Positions 52,245 to 63,224 are shown, counted from the first letter of the stretch. The stretch: DNA of 64,000 nucleotides from Campylobacterota bacterium (GCA_013607665.1 VCAX01000001.1:396-64395); one strand, 5' to 3'. Translations and numbers: made by a program. The notes: generated by a model not told the origin, from the letters alone.

Positions 52245-52312
52245 AGTCTATTCCTTTTTTTAATTTAATGTACTTTTTTACTTTCATAATGCAAAAAGCT
52301 CTCTTAACAATA

Positions 52313-52387
52313 GTCTTTTTAGTTATAAAATGTAGAGGCTCAGACCGCAGGGAGGATTTGCTCTCGGAATTTTATAACTAAAAAGAC
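52313..52387. repeat. Perfect 19-bp inverted repeat around a 37-bp GC-richer core
   Basis: GTCTTTTTAGTTATAAAAT (52313-52331) and ATTTTATAACTAAAAAGAC (52369-52387). Confidence 0.85.
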
Positions 52388-52397
52388 GGTCCACCCA

Positions 52398-52919
52398 TCA
52401 AGAGAGCTGCAAAAAGTGATTTGCCTCTTTTATATAAGTCACCGTTGCTACATCCATCAAAAATGCTTTTGCCGCATCTGCATCTACTATCTGATCTTCT
52501 CCTCCGAGATAGACCTCTATCACAACACCCTGCGCACTTAATGCAGCTAAATCCTGCTTGTTCCACTCATAATGAAGCAACTCCTCAAGCTCTTCTAGAA
52601 CTGTGATACTGTGTGAGACATCTTGCCTTTCATAGGGCAAAAAGCAGGCATTGAGAAACTGAGAAAGATAGACATCCTCATTTTTTCTATATGCCATAAG
52701 CTGCAGCCGCTTGAACTTCTCGTCTTTACTCTGAAAAAATGCAGGAGAAAAAAGCTGCAGCGTATCGATCCGCTTACCCTCTTGCAGCTCCTTTTTTGCG
52801 GCCTCAAAAGCTTTTATGGCACCATAAGAAAAACCACAAACCGTATAGTCACTCTCTTTTATATAAGGTGCAAAAAAGTGTTTATCATCTTTAAGAGAGA
52901 ATCCGCTAAAAAATTTCAT
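52398..52919 (-). CDS. bioV: Pimeloyl-ACP methyl ester esterase
   Basis: FFSGF, GFSYGA nucleophile, SPAFF, GGED, NH; downstream of the ftsH-like gene as in Helicobacter. Confidence 0.85.
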   Translation of the reverse strand: MKFFSGFSLKDDKHFFAPYIKESDYTVCGFSYGAIKAFEAAKKELQEGKRIDTLQLFSPAFFQSKDEKFKRLQLMAYRKNEDVYLSQFLNACFLPYERQDVSHSITVLEELEELLHYEWNKQDLAALSAQGVVIEVYLGGEDQIVDADAAKAFLMDVATVTYIKEANHFLQLS

Positions 52920-54564
52920 TGATATACTTTTTTACCTCTTCTTTTGTAATACTTTCACGCTCTTGCAATACACTCTCCACATTGGCAACGACCGCATCCA
53001 ATGATTCCAAAAGTAACTTCGTCTCTTCATACAAACGCTTGAGCATAAATTCCTCTTCCTTTTCCTTAGGAATGATTGCTGATCCCATGCCATACTCTTG
53101 ACACATTTTAAACGTTATCTCTTTTGCCTCATCCAAGTCTGATTTTGCACTGCTTGCATGCTCGCTAAATTTCATATCGCACGCAACACTGCCTGCAATA
53201 AGCATCTTCACACGCGCTTCTAATTCCTCTTTAATGAAAGGCTCATCCGTTGCAGGTGTCAGTTTTTCATTAGAGAGCATCAACTTCTCAAAAGGCAGAT
53301 CAAAATAGGTAGCTACCACAACTTTACCCGCCTGATAAGTAATTCGATACGCTTTTTGTTTTTCATTCAACATTTGCAATTTTTTCTTACCAAACATTAC
53401 TTTATCTTTGACTTGAAAGAAGTGCTCTATCGTCACATGAAAATCATTTTGGCGCAGTGCTAAGAGTGCTGCTTCATTGACAAGTGCAGCAAGTGCAGCT
53501 CCATTAAATCCGATTGTCATACTTGCAATAACTTTCACATCGAGTTCATGCGGTACTTTTTGTAAATATTTTAACAAAATCGCTTCTCTTTCCCTTTTTG
53601 TCGGCAGTTCAACAAAAACCCGTCTGTCAAATCTTCCTGCACGCAACAGCGCAGAGTCTAAAACATCTATTTTATTTGTCGCAGCTATAACGATAACGCC
53701 GCTTGAACCCTCAAAACCATCCATCTCGGTAAGGAGTTGATTGAGTGTCGCTTCACGCTCATCATTTCGCTGTCCATCACGCTTTTTTCCTACTGCATCT
53801 ATCTCATCTATGAAAATAATTGCCGGAGCATTTTTCTTTGCCGCAGCAAAAAGCTCATGCACCCGTTTTGCACCCATTCCAACATATATCTGCACAAAAG
53901 AAGCACCGCTTTGGTAGTAAAACGGCACATCCGCAGCATTAGCAACAGCCTTTGCAATCATAGTCTTCCCAACTCCGGGAGGGCCGACAAGCAACACACC
54001 TCGTGGCATTCGCGCACCAAAGTTCTTATAACGCTTTGGATTCTTCATAAAATCGATAATCTCTTCAAGTTCTATTTTTACATCAGAAATACCACCGATA
54101 TCATCAAAACTCACATCACTTTTAATTGCTTCGATTGGACCGTTTAAGACTAAAGAAGATTGTGTTGCATCTGCTGATTTTTCAGAGTTTTTAAACTCGA
54201 AACCTCTGAGTATTCCTCTATTTTGTAAAAACTTTACTAAGAGCGAGCCAAGTCCCAAAAAAAGTACTAAAAAGAGAATATAGATAATAATATTCGATTC
54301 ACTGCCGACTTCGACCTTATAATCAACAAACATTCGAGGTGTCACCTGTGAAGATGCGATCTTATAATAGCCATTGGCAGTTTTAAGGTAGACATACTCC
54401 TTTGTAACTATAACTTTTTTTACTTGCTTACTTTGTAAAAGGGAATTTGCCTGACTCAGTGTTATTGCATCGGCATTATCACGCAGCAGAGCAAAAAGAA
54501 CAAGTGCAATGATGACAAAAGCAGAAACAATAAGTGCAATTCTATTGGTCTTAGATGTTGGCAT
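52906..54564 (-). CDS. FtsH-like membrane AAA+ ATPase with degenerate protease motif
   Basis: Two TMs, [24 protein letters not shown]; YQAGK in place of HEAGH. Confidence 0.9.
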   Translation of the reverse strand: MPTSKTNRIALIVSAFVIIALVLFALLRDNADAITLSQANSLLQSKQVKKVIVTKEYVYLKTANGYYKIASSQVTPRMFVDYKVEVGSESNIIIYILFLVLFLGLGSLLVKFLQNRGILRGFEFKNSEKSADATQSSLVLNGPIEAIKSDVSFDDIGGISDVKIELEEIIDFMKNPKRYKNFGARMPRGVLLVGPPGVGKTMIAKAVANAADVPFYYQSGASFVQIYVGMGAKRVHELFAAAKKNAPAIIFIDEIDAVGKKRDGQRNDEREATLNQLLTEMDGFEGSSGVIVIAATNKIDVLDSALLRAGRFDRRVFVELPTKREREAILLKYLQKVPHELDVKVIASMTIGFNGAALAALVNEAALLALRQNDFHVTIEHFFQVKDKVMFGKKKLQMLNEKQKAYRITYQAGKVVVATYFDLPFEKLMLSNEKLTPATDEPFIKEELEARVKMLIAGSVACDMKFSEHASSAKSDLDEAKEITFKMCQEYGMGSAIIPKEKEEEFMLKRLYEETKLLLESLDAVVANVESVLQERESITKEEVKKYINEIF

Positions 54565-55801
54565 AATTATGCTCCCTCAAAACTTCATAATCAGAAACTG
54601 TAATCCAATTTCCCAAAAGGTCTTCCTCTGATTTTACCACTATTTTGTTAAAATGCTGATCAAGTCCATGATAGAGCCCGTTTTTATAGGACTCAACAAG
54701 AACATCCAATTCTCCAGTAAAAGCTTTTCTAAATGCATAATTCTTTTCATTAACAAGCGACTCTATCTCATGCAGACGCTCTTTTGCAACTTTGCCGTTT
54801 ACTTCCGGTTTCATTGTAGCAGCAGGCGTACCATCACGCTTGGAATAGGTAAACGCATGCAGATGTGTCAGTGGCAGAGCCTCTGCATTTTGCATCGCTT
54901 CATGCCACAACTCTTCACTCTCACCAGGAAAACCGGTAATGAAATCTGTCCCTATCGCATAGCCCTTCTCAGCCAAAAACTCAAAAAGCTCTCTGTCCTG
55001 TTTGTAAACATTACGACGATTCATCAATTTAAGCATCTTAGGCGAAGTATGTTGCAGTGCTATGTGCATATGCTTTTCCATCCATGGCTCATCAAGTATC
55101 TCTTTAAATTCATCTGTGATCTGAATCGGTTCAACACTGCCAAGCCTTATGCGTCTCACACCACGAATCTGTGACATTTTTTTCATAAGCTGTGCCAATG
55201 AGCTCTTTGTATCTTGCCCATATGAGCCGACATTCGTTCCCGTTAAAATAAATTCACCAAAGCCATTGAGTGCCAAGCGGGAAACCTGCTCTAAAATCCT
55301 GTTCTCATCCATACTACGAGCATCACCACGAACATATGGAATGATACAGTAAGAACATCGGAAGTTGCACCCCTCTTGAATCTTTATAAAAGCACGGCTT
55401 TTACCGACAAACTCATCAACAACCATCTCATCTATATGATTCAAATCACCCTTCTCATAAAAAGGCTGCTTTTTTTTTAACAATATATCGATTTTCTCTT
55501 TTTCACTCTGTCCAAAGACACCATGCACCCGACCCTCACGCAAAAGAGACTCCCCTTTTGTATGTGCTCCGCACCCTGTTAAAAAAAGCTTTTTCTCACC
55601 TGCTTGTTTCTCAAGCTGAGAGATGTAAGATCGAACATGCGTATCTGCACCATTGGTGACAGTACAGGAGTTGATGACAATGACATCCGCTTCGGCTTCA
55701 TTTTGGGTAATCTCATACTCTTTGAGTGAACTCATCATCACTTGTGAGTCATAGAGGTTTGTACGACAACCAAAAGTTTTAAAATATACTTTTTTCGCCA
55801 T
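54551..55801 (-). CDS. mtaB: tRNA t6A37 methylthiotransferase
   Basis: TFGCRTN, INSCTVT, IQEGCNFRCSYC, GFPGE, TRAM-like end. Confidence 0.93.
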   Translation of the reverse strand: MAKKVYFKTFGCRTNLYDSQVMMSSLKEYEITQNEAEADVIVINSCTVTNGADTHVRSYISQLEKQAGEKKLFLTGCGAHTKGESLLREGRVHGVFGQSEKEKIDILLKKKQPFYEKGDLNHIDEMVVDEFVGKSRAFIKIQEGCNFRCSYCIIPYVRGDARSMDENRILEQVSRLALNGFGEFILTGTNVGSYGQDTKSSLAQLMKKMSQIRGVRRIRLGSVEPIQITDEFKEILDEPWMEKHMHIALQHTSPKMLKLMNRRNVYKQDRELFEFLAEKGYAIGTDFITGFPGESEELWHEAMQNAEALPLTHLHAFTYSKRDGTPAATMKPEVNGKVAKERLHEIESLVNEKNYAFRKAFTGELDVLVESYKNGLYHGLDQHFNKIVVKSEEDLLGNWITVSDYEVLREHNYANI

Positions 55802-57456
55802 TAGACAATCTCATTATTATGTGCACTTGGTTCTTCACTTTGCATAGAAACATGGAGTTTTTGTGTTGGGTATGCAATGGTAATATCATCTTCTGCATTA
55901 AATGCATCGACAATCTCACTCGATATAACGCTTCTAAGTGTTAATGTCCCGTAAGCATTCGTCAGATACCATGCCTCGATATCGAGACCATTAGGCTCTA
56001 TAAAGGAGTAAATACGTGGCTCAACGTTCGTATTTTTAAGGCTATAGTGCTGGCGCAGTTTATTTAACTGTTTTCTTGTAATGTCTGTATAACCCTTGGA
56101 GTATTTCTTTGTAATCTCTTTGACAAGATGCATCGCTTTTTTATGGTTTGAATCAAAAGTGATAGTGATCTTTACACCGTCCCAGACCGTTTTTAATGAG
56201 TAGTGTGTATAGTTTGCTATCATTTGCGTGAAAATATAGTTGTTTGGAATAAAGACAATTCTTCCTGCACGACGGTTTTGCATAATGGAAGTGAGTGTAA
56301 TATCTTCAAGTATTGTCATACGCAAAAGCGAGATATCCAGCACATCTCCGACATATTTTTTCCCATCCATATCCACACGAATTCTATCACCTACATGCAC
56401 ACTGCCACCAAAAACAATGACCAACCAACCAAGAATGGACATAAACCAGTCCTTCATGGCAATGGCAATACCTGCTGAGGCAAACCCTAAAATAGTTACA
56501 AGATAACTGACATTCTCAATATAGTTGAAAAACACAATGAGAATAATGATTGTAAAGTTCGTAAAAGTGATGATCTTGTTTGCCATATAAAAGCGTTCAT
56601 TGTCTGTGATATATTTTTTCACGACAAGTTTCAAAAGAAAAAAGATAATGAAGACAACTAAAACGGCAATCCCGATTTTTACTAACTTATAAACCTGTTT
56701 TTCAATCCCTTTGTTAATGTTTATTTTCGCAATTTCCAAACGTTTCTGATATACATTAAGTGTTACATTCATTGTATCGAGTGCTCTCTCAAAACGCTCA
56801 AGTTCTGTCTGTTTTTGCATTAAAACAGTTTCATATTTTTGCGGATTTATTTTTGAGAGTTTTTTATAGAGTGCCAACTCTTTACGCAACAAAATAATGA
56901 GTGAATTTAGACTCTCTTTACGTTTTTGATAATCTTCATAATTTGCATCTATAGTCTTGATAAGTGAAAGTCCTGTGAAAATTTCAAAGGGATTGGAAAT
57001 TTTCGGTACTTCATCAATTTTTGGCGGTGTGATAAGCTTAGAAAAAGGGGCACTGCTATTACCCTTGAGCTTATCTATTTGTGATGCTAAAATATTTTCT
57101 TTTGAGATAAGCCCTGTGAGTTCATCCATATCACTTGGTGTTTTTGCATGCTTGGAGAGCCATTTGATTCTTTTTTTAATCTTTTCAAGATTATTTTTCA
57201 CCTCTAAAGAGGTGAGATATGAAGCATAACTTTTTATCCATACATTTTCATCTGATATTTGAGAATCAAGTCTATTGAGTTCTTGTTGATATTGGTCTAT
57301 CTGCTCTTGTATCAGCGCTTTTCGTGCAATTAAATCACTTGGAGTTGCAAGAGACTCATTTGACTCGGCAGATGCACTTTGGATATCACCTGCTGCTAAA
57401 GATGCTACGAGCAAAAACAGAGTAAAGAAGAATTTTTGCACTTGTTTCATTTTCAC
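55801..57456 (-). CDS. MscS-family mechanosensitive channel with periplasmic domain
   Basis: LGFASAGIAIAMKD, VGDRI, GDV.DI.L, IPN, IAYP. Confidence 0.92.
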   Translation of the reverse strand: MKMKQVQKFFFTLFLLVASLAAGDIQSASAESNESLATPSDLIARKALIQEQIDQYQQELNRLDSQISDENVWIKSYASYLTSLEVKNNLEKIKKRIKWLSKHAKTPSDMDELTGLISKENILASQIDKLKGNSSAPFSKLITPPKIDEVPKISNPFEIFTGLSLIKTIDANYEDYQKRKESLNSLIILLRKELALYKKLSKINPQKYETVLMQKQTELERFERALDTMNVTLNVYQKRLEIAKININKGIEKQVYKLVKIGIAVLVVFIIFFLLKLVVKKYITDNERFYMANKIITFTNFTIIILIVFFNYIENVSYLVTILGFASAGIAIAMKDWFMSILGWLVIVFGGSVHVGDRIRVDMDGKKYVGDVLDISLLRMTILEDITLTSIMQNRRAGRIVFIPNNYIFTQMIANYTHYSLKTVWDGVKITITFDSNHKKAMHLVKEITKKYSKGYTDITRKQLNKLRQHYSLKNTNVEPRIYSFIEPNGLDIEAWYLTNAYGTLTLRSVISSEIVDAFNAEDDITIAYPTQKLHVSMQSEEPSAHNNEIV

Positions 57457-58499
57457 TTCTTAAAACTCTCTAAAACTTCTAAAACTATCTCTTTATCGAC
57501 ACTGTCTGTAATTTTAACATCACCGATGCCAACAGGCAGAATAAATGTAATAGTTGCATCAGAGCTCTTTTTATCAAGAAAGAATGCATCATAAAAGCTC
57601 TGTGGATTCTCTACTGTGTAGTGTGTTGGAAGGCCATACTTCTCTAAGAGTGTTTTTACTCGCTCTGCCTCACTCTCCTGCATAAGTCCTAATTTTACAG
57701 CAAGCAGGTTCGCCATTACCATTCCAATGGCTACGGCTTCTCCATGGAGGTATGTTGTATATTTTGTCTCATTCTCTATGACATGTGCAAAAGTATGTCC
57801 ATAATTAAGCGCAGCACGCAAACCATGCTCTTTTTCGTCTTTTGCAACGACATCTGCTTTTGTCTGTACCGCTTGCTTAATCGCTTCTTGCAAAGATGCT
57901 TTATCGTTTAAATCGGCAGATTCAAGATAGTTAAAAAATGCAGCATTAAAAGTTACTGCCATTTTGACAACTTCTGCCACACCCGCAGCAAATTCTCTTT
58001 TTGGCAGCGTCTCTAAAAAATGGGGATCAATATAGACTGCACGCGGCTGATGAAAAGCACCAATAAGGTTTTTCCCGTAACTATTGTTTATCCCTGTCTT
58101 TCCACCAACACTTGCATCTACCTGAGAGAGGAGCGTCGTTGGTATCTGAACAAAGTCTATCCCTCGCTGGTAAATACTTGAAGCATAGCCTGTCATATCG
58201 CCGATCACCCCGCCGCCAAAAGCGATAAGCAGTGACTTTCTATTAAAACGGTGATTGAAAAGTGATTCTAAAATAAGATCTATTGATGCTTGATTTTTGT
58301 ACCCTTCACCATCAGGAACTGTGATGATATAGAGCTCTTTTGCAGTGATTTTTTGTAAAAGATAGCCTAAGTGCAGTCCTGAGACTTTAGGGTTTGTAAT
58401 GATAGCTACTTTGGTATCATAACTAAGCGCAGGAAGAGCATCAATTGTAATGTCGTACGAGTTATCAACAACCTGTTTGAGAGAAATATTTACTTGCAT
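57453..58499 (-). CDS. aroB: 3-dehydroquinate synthase
   Basis: GGGVIGD, PTTLLSQVDASVGGKTG, LNYGHTFAH, HGEAV. Confidence 0.98.
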   Translation of the reverse strand: MQVNISLKQVVDNSYDITIDALPALSYDTKVAIITNPKVSGLHLGYLLQKITAKELYIITVPDGEGYKNQASIDLILESLFNHRFNRKSLLIAFGGGVIGDMTGYASSIYQRGIDFVQIPTTLLSQVDASVGGKTGINNSYGKNLIGAFHQPRAVYIDPHFLETLPKREFAAGVAEVVKMAVTFNAAFFNYLESADLNDKASLQEAIKQAVQTKADVVAKDEKEHGLRAALNYGHTFAHVIENETKYTTYLHGEAVAIGMVMANLLAVKLGLMQESEAERVKTLLEKYGLPTHYTVENPQSFYDAFFLDKKSSDATITFILPVGIGDVKITDSVDKEIVLEVLESFKK

Positions 58500-58558
58500 T
58501 ATCTGTCCATAAAAAAATATAGTACATAATACTTAAATTATATTAAAAAACGGCTAAA

Positions 58559-59965
58559 TCAGAGTTGTACGGGTATGAAAATTTGATGATAATCATCAAG
58601 TTTGAAATAGAGCTTTTCACTATCAGTCGAAAACAGGGCATATATGCGTCTTGTTGTCAGTTTGGCAGTAAAAGGAAGAATATGAATAAAATCATCCTTT
58701 TGTCTCAATGCTCGTATTGGATTTTCATTCTCTTTTATAACTTTAATCGATTTTGAGAAGATACTGGAAAGATTATAATAGTGCTCTATGACCTGTTCCT
58801 TTTCCTCTTGGTGTTCATGAACATAGTTATAGAGTTCCAGATTGAAGTTCATCTGCTCAGAGATATCGAAGATTGTCGCCGATATCTTTTCAAGATCTCT
58901 ATTATCTGAAAGAATCAGTGCCGCATCTTTTACATTGGAAAAGCTTCTGCGTGAGAGTTTGAGTACCGGTACATGCACCTCATAGAGTGCACGCCGTACA
59001 TAATAGTCTCCAAACATCTCCGAGGAGACAATCACAAGACCGACATGATAGGATTTTACATCATTAAAGAAAGTCTCTTTGAGACTGATACTGTCATAAT
59101 CGATATCGACGACGATATCTAGGTCACGATACTCTTTAATGTACTGCAGCAATGCAATGTTAGCAGGATTTACAACCTTGATAATAAGATCATGCTTGAA
59201 TTTCGTATGCACATAAACAGCACGTCGAACCAACTCTTTGATTGTTTCATGAGGAACGATGTCCATATCGATATAGAGCAAGATATTTGCACCGTAAGGT
59301 TCTGGAAATTGTCCAAGTTCCCGTTTGATGGCACGATAGACAGACTTAAGCACTGCAGGTTCACCAACAAGAAGCAGTAGATCATTTGGTTGAATCATCC
59401 GTCTGCGTGAGGGCATCAAGAGTTGGCGATTTCTGTAAATAGCAACAATACGCCAGTTCTTCTGCTCTATTACACCAATATGACGATAGACAAAAGAGCT
59501 TCCAAAAGGAACAAGCACTTCCATGATCTCACCCTCGCCAAGACCTACATTTTGTGCGATAACAGGAACATTCGGCAGATAATCAAGCATTCTTGAAGCA
59601 AGAATTTCATTCGCATTTACCAAAACGACATTGGCATCTTCATTGTGCATATTCCATTGATTTAAAACGATGATACGCAGCTGTTTTTTAACGATTCGTA
59701 TATTTTTGATTGTGTTTTCAACATCAATCTGCTTCTCCATCGCAATGATAACCTGAATAAATTCCATCTTAAGGAGGTTGGTCAGTTTATAAAGACTTGT
59801 AGGATCAAATTCATAAAATTTAAATCGAGCAGGATTTGCGTCAGGGAACTCTTTTTCTTTTACCTGAACAACATAGTAGATATTTTCACTTGTATATGTT
59901 TCCGTTACTCTTTGAATAAAGTGCTCACCAACTGCACCATCACTGATTATCAATATTTTTTTCAT
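58559..59965 (-). CDS. COG3400-type TrkA-domain protein
   Basis: N-terminal RCK-like fold; AQNVGLGEGEIMEV..FGS...RHI...Q.NWRI TrkA-C; upstream of aroB. Confidence 0.85.
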   Translation of the reverse strand: MKKILIISDGAVGEHFIQRVTETYTSENIYYVVQVKEKEFPDANPARFKFYEFDPTSLYKLTNLLKMEFIQVIIAMEKQIDVENTIKNIRIVKKQLRIIVLNQWNMHNEDANVVLVNANEILASRMLDYLPNVPVIAQNVGLGEGEIMEVLVPFGSSFVYRHIGVIEQKNWRIVAIYRNRQLLMPSRRRMIQPNDLLLLVGEPAVLKSVYRAIKRELGQFPEPYGANILLYIDMDIVPHETIKELVRRAVYVHTKFKHDLIIKVVNPANIALLQYIKEYRDLDIVVDIDYDSISLKETFFNDVKSYHVGLVIVSSEMFGDYYVRRALYEVHVPVLKLSRRSFSNVKDAALILSDNRDLEKISATIFDISEQMNFNLELYNYVHEHQEEKEQVIEHYYNLSSIFSKSIKVIKENENPIRALRQKDDFIHILPFTAKLTTRRIYALFSTDSEKLYFKLDDYHQIFIPVQL

Positions 59966-59985
59966 GTTTGTATTATATCAGAACT

Positions 59986-60576
59986 TTATTTTTGCTCAAC
60001 ATCGGTGAGATCCACCCACATCTCTTGTGTAGCTTTTGTCCATTTTTTATCTATAAAGTATCCTGTTATCTTAATGCGTGTCTGACTTTTTAGATTGGAA
60101 GTAAAAGAGGTATGCCCGTCCCATCTTTGCACTACCTCTTTTGTATGCATACCTGCATAGATATTTGCAGATTTTTTCAAACGAAAAGCAGAGGCCTTAA
60201 AGTGCTGCAATGTGCTCTTTTTGCTCTTTTTTAATTTCAATTCCGGAAACACATTTTCACTTGTACATGCCGGTTGAACAAATACTTTTTCTATTTTCTT
60301 TTTGATTATAATCTTATTTTTTTGCTTAGTTTCTCTGTTTTTTAAAAGAGAATGCAGTCGTTTTATTTCATTTTCCAAATTTTTTATTTTTCTTTGTGCA
60401 CTCTTCTTCTCTTGTTCTAAAATAATATTTTTCTCTTTTTCATCTAAAAGTTTCGTTTCATAATTCTTTCGCAAACTGGCAATATCATTGACAATGGAGT
60501 CGATACGTTCTATCTCTTGGCTCGCAGGTAATAGAGAGCTAAAAACAAATAACAATACAAAAAAGCGATGTTTCAT
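59986..60576 (-). CDS. Hypothetical secreted coiled-coil protein
   Basis: Signal peptide, heptads, C-terminal SFTSN..KITGYF beta region. Confidence 0.75.
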   Translation of the reverse strand: MKHRFFVLLFVFSSLLPASQEIERIDSIVNDIASLRKNYETKLLDEKEKNIILEQEKKSAQRKIKNLENEIKRLHSLLKNRETKQKNKIIIKKKIEKVFVQPACTSENVFPELKLKKSKKSTLQHFKASAFRLKKSANIYAGMHTKEVVQRWDGHTSFTSNLKSQTRIKITGYFIDKKWTKATQEMWVDLTDVEQK

Positions 60577-61688
60577 GAACTTACCTTTCTTATCAGTTTG
60601 ACACCCATCTCTACATGATGTGTGTAAGGAAATTGATCAAAGAGCGCCATCGATTCGACCTTGTGCGTTTGGCACAGTATTGCAAGATCACGATGTAGTG
60701 TTTCAGGGTTGCAGGAAATATAGACAATAGTCTCATACTGTGCGCTAAAATGGCAGGAGAATTCATCCATACCACTTCGAGGCGGATCGACAAAGATAGT
60801 ATTGATATTGTAGCTGTTCATGTCAATATGTGCCATTCTTCGAAACTCACGTACGCCTTTGAGTGCCTGCGTGAATTCCTCTACACTCATCCGTACAAAT
60901 TCAATATTATGCACATCATTTAAAAGCATATTTGCTTTGGCTGCATTGATGGAAGATTTTGAGATCTCTGTTGCCAAGACCTTCTCAAAAAGTGTGGCAA
61001 AAGGGATAGTAAAGTTTCCTGCACCACAATAAAGTTCAAGCAGATCACCGCTTACTCCTGCAAACGCATCCATCGCCCAAGCGATCATCTGCTCATTCAC
61101 ACGTGGATTTGGCTGCGTGAAACTATTTTCTATATAATGAAATTTATACTCTTTTTTTTTAATATGTAAAGACTCTGTAATATAATCCTGTCCAATGACA
61201 ACTTTTTGTTTGCGCGCGCGTCCTATGATATAAATACCGAGTTCCCCAGCAATTTTTTTTGCCTTTTCTTCCCATGCAGCATCAAGTTTGCGATGATAGA
61301 GCAAAGAGACTACAATCTCACCACTGCTAGAACTTAAAAAATCAGCACCAAAAAGTTTAAAATCTATAGCTTCTTTTTGTATTGCAGCTAAAAGTTTGGG
61401 CATCAGTGCCGCTATATATTCATTGACCTGTGGACATGCATCAACTAAGACAACACCTTTTTTATCTTTGTGGTTCATGGCATAATGTATTGCATCATCA
61501 ATATGCCATATTTTAAATTCACTCCGTGCACGATAATGTTCATCCAAAGAGCGAAAAAGCGCAATATCCCCCTGATAATAAGGAGAAAAACGCTCACGAT
61601 TTTGCATTAACTTTTGCTGTAGTTGTCCCTCGTAGCCATCTTCATAAAAACGACAAGCACCACACTGGCCAAAATATTTACAATCCAA
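60573..61688 (-). CDS. trmA: tRNA (uridine-54 C5)-methyltransferase
   Basis: YRARSEF, SFTQPN, LLELYCGAGNF, VDPPRSG, YISCNP, DQFPYTHHVE. Confidence 0.95.
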   Translation of the reverse strand: MDCKYFGQCGACRFYEDGYEGQLQQKLMQNRERFSPYYQGDIALFRSLDEHYRARSEFKIWHIDDAIHYAMNHKDKKGVVLVDACPQVNEYIAALMPKLLAAIQKEAIDFKLFGADFLSSSSGEIVVSLLYHRKLDAAWEEKAKKIAGELGIYIIGRARKQKVVIGQDYITESLHIKKKEYKFHYIENSFTQPNPRVNEQMIAWAMDAFAGVSGDLLELYCGAGNFTIPFATLFEKVLATEISKSSINAAKANMLLNDVHNIEFVRMSVEEFTQALKGVREFRRMAHIDMNSYNINTIFVDPPRSGMDEFSCHFSAQYETIVYISCNPETLHRDLAILCQTHKVESMALFDQFPYTHHVEMGVKLIRKVSS

Positions 61689-61709
61689 ATCTCACTACCT
61701 TCCCTACAC

Positions 61710-62447
61710 TTATTTTACAGAGGCAATCAAGTTACCAATAAGAAGATTCCAGCCATCTATAAGCACAAAAACCAGTATCTTAAATGGTAAAGAGATCATA
61801 ACCGGCGGAAGCATCATCATACCCATTGACATCAATATAGAGGCAACAACCATATCAATGACCAAAAAGGGCAAAAAGAGTAAAAAACCTATCTCAAAAG
61901 CCGTTTTCATCTCACTGATAATAAATGCAGGAATAACTATAGAGAGCGGAACATCTGCAATACTTTTAGGGTTTTGCATTTTTCTAATGCGTAAAAAGAG
62001 TGCCAAATCCTTCTCACGCGTGTTTCTAATCATAAAGTTCTTAAACGGCAAAGCCGTTCTTGTAAACGCCTCTTTATAGCCTATCTGTTCTGCTACATAG
62101 GGCTTAATGCCCTGTTCATACGCTTTTGTCCCTATAGGCTCCATCACGAAGAATGTAAGTATCATCGCAAGCATAACAAGGAGTTGTGTCGGTGGAACCT
62201 GCTGTGTGCCGAGTGCTTGTCGCAAAAAACCAAAAACGATGACAAAACGGGTAAACGTTGTCATGACAAGCACCATAGAAGGTGCTAAAACAAGCAGGGT
62301 TAAGACAATCAGCACATTTAATGATGAAACAAGCTGCTGTGGAGAATCAGGTGCTGAAAGATTCAGGTTTACAGTTGGAACTGTTACACTATCGGCCCCA
62401 AAAGCCACGAAACCAAGCGCTAAAAAAGCTATAAGGATTCTAACCAT
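61710..62447 (-). CDS. fliP: Flagellar export apparatus protein
   Basis: LRQALGTQQVPP, PAFIISE, SMGMMMLPP, LIDGW. Confidence 0.98.
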   Translation of the reverse strand: MVRILIAFLALGFVAFGADSVTVPTVNLNLSAPDSPQQLVSSLNVLIVLTLLVLAPSMVLVMTTFTRFVIVFGFLRQALGTQQVPPTQLLVMLAMILTFFVMEPIGTKAYEQGIKPYVAEQIGYKEAFTRTALPFKNFMIRNTREKDLALFLRIRKMQNPKSIADVPLSIVIPAFIISEMKTAFEIGFLLFLPFLVIDMVVASILMSMGMMMLPPVMISLPFKILVFVLIDGWNLLIGNLIASVK

Positions 62448-62450
62448 TTT

Positions 62451-63224
62451 CTACTTATTTACCTTATCTAGAACAGAGTTTGTCTCTTTGTTGTTCTCTT
62501 CGCTCTTTTTACCAAAGAAATGCAGCTCTACACGACGATTTTTTTCTCTTCCCGTAGGTGTTGCATTCGTCGCTATGGGATGATACTGCGCAAATCCTGC
62601 GGCAGACATACGGGCTGGAGCGACTCCGTCTAAAATAAGTTCATGTAAAACAGCGATAGCACGTGCGGTTGAGAGCTCCCAGTTATCTTTAAAAGGAGAA
62701 GATGGCCCTGGTTGGGTATCATCAGTATGTCCCTGCACACTTACCTGCATATCGTTTGGTAACTCGCCGACAATCAAAGCAACCCGTTTTAAGAACAAAA
62801 GTGCATCTTGATTTTCGATTGTCGCAGATCCCGGTTTAAAAAGCAGCGCTGCGGGCAGTTTAATTACAAAACCATTTTCTGCTTCATCAACTGTAACTTC
62901 AGGACTTTGTGATTTTTCCATCATCTCATTCGCATCTGCTGCTGCTTGCTGAATACGATTTACAGCGTCACTTGTCTCATCTTGCGACTCAATAGGTGTT
63001 GATTCCTGAATACGCTGTTTTGAGATCTCTGTTTTCGTTCCACCCTCTAAAACACTCATAGCTCCCGAAAGCGAGCCGATTGCTTCGGAAACTTTTTTTG
63101 CATCCATGCTTGACATTGAAAGCAGTAAAACGAAGAAACACAAAAGAAGAGACATCAGGTCTCCAAACGCGGCTAGCCACGCAGGAAGACACTCTTCACA
63201 TTCAGGACACTTTTGCTTAGCCAT
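62451..63224 (-). CDS. motB: Flagellar motor stator protein B
   Basis: WLAAFGDLMSLLLCFFVLL TM with conserved Asp; OmpA-like GHTD..NWELS..RA..NRRVE. Confidence 0.93.
   Translation of the reverse strand: MAKQKCPECEECLPAWLAAFGDLMSLLLCFFVLLLSMSSMDAKKVSEAIGSLSGAMSVLEGGTKTEISKQRIQESTPIESQDETSDAVNRIQQAAADANEMMEKSQSPEVTVDEAENGFVIKLPAALLFKPGSATIENQDALLFLKRVALIVGELPNDMQVSVQGHTDDTQPGPSSPFKDNWELSTARAIAVLHELILDGVAPARMSAAGFAQYHPIATNATPTGREKNRRVELHFFGKKSEENNKETNSVLDKVNK

Noticed and set aside
51576-52268. 230-aa plus-strand ORF
   Set aside because: Antisense to mog and overlapping merR; no protein-like motifs
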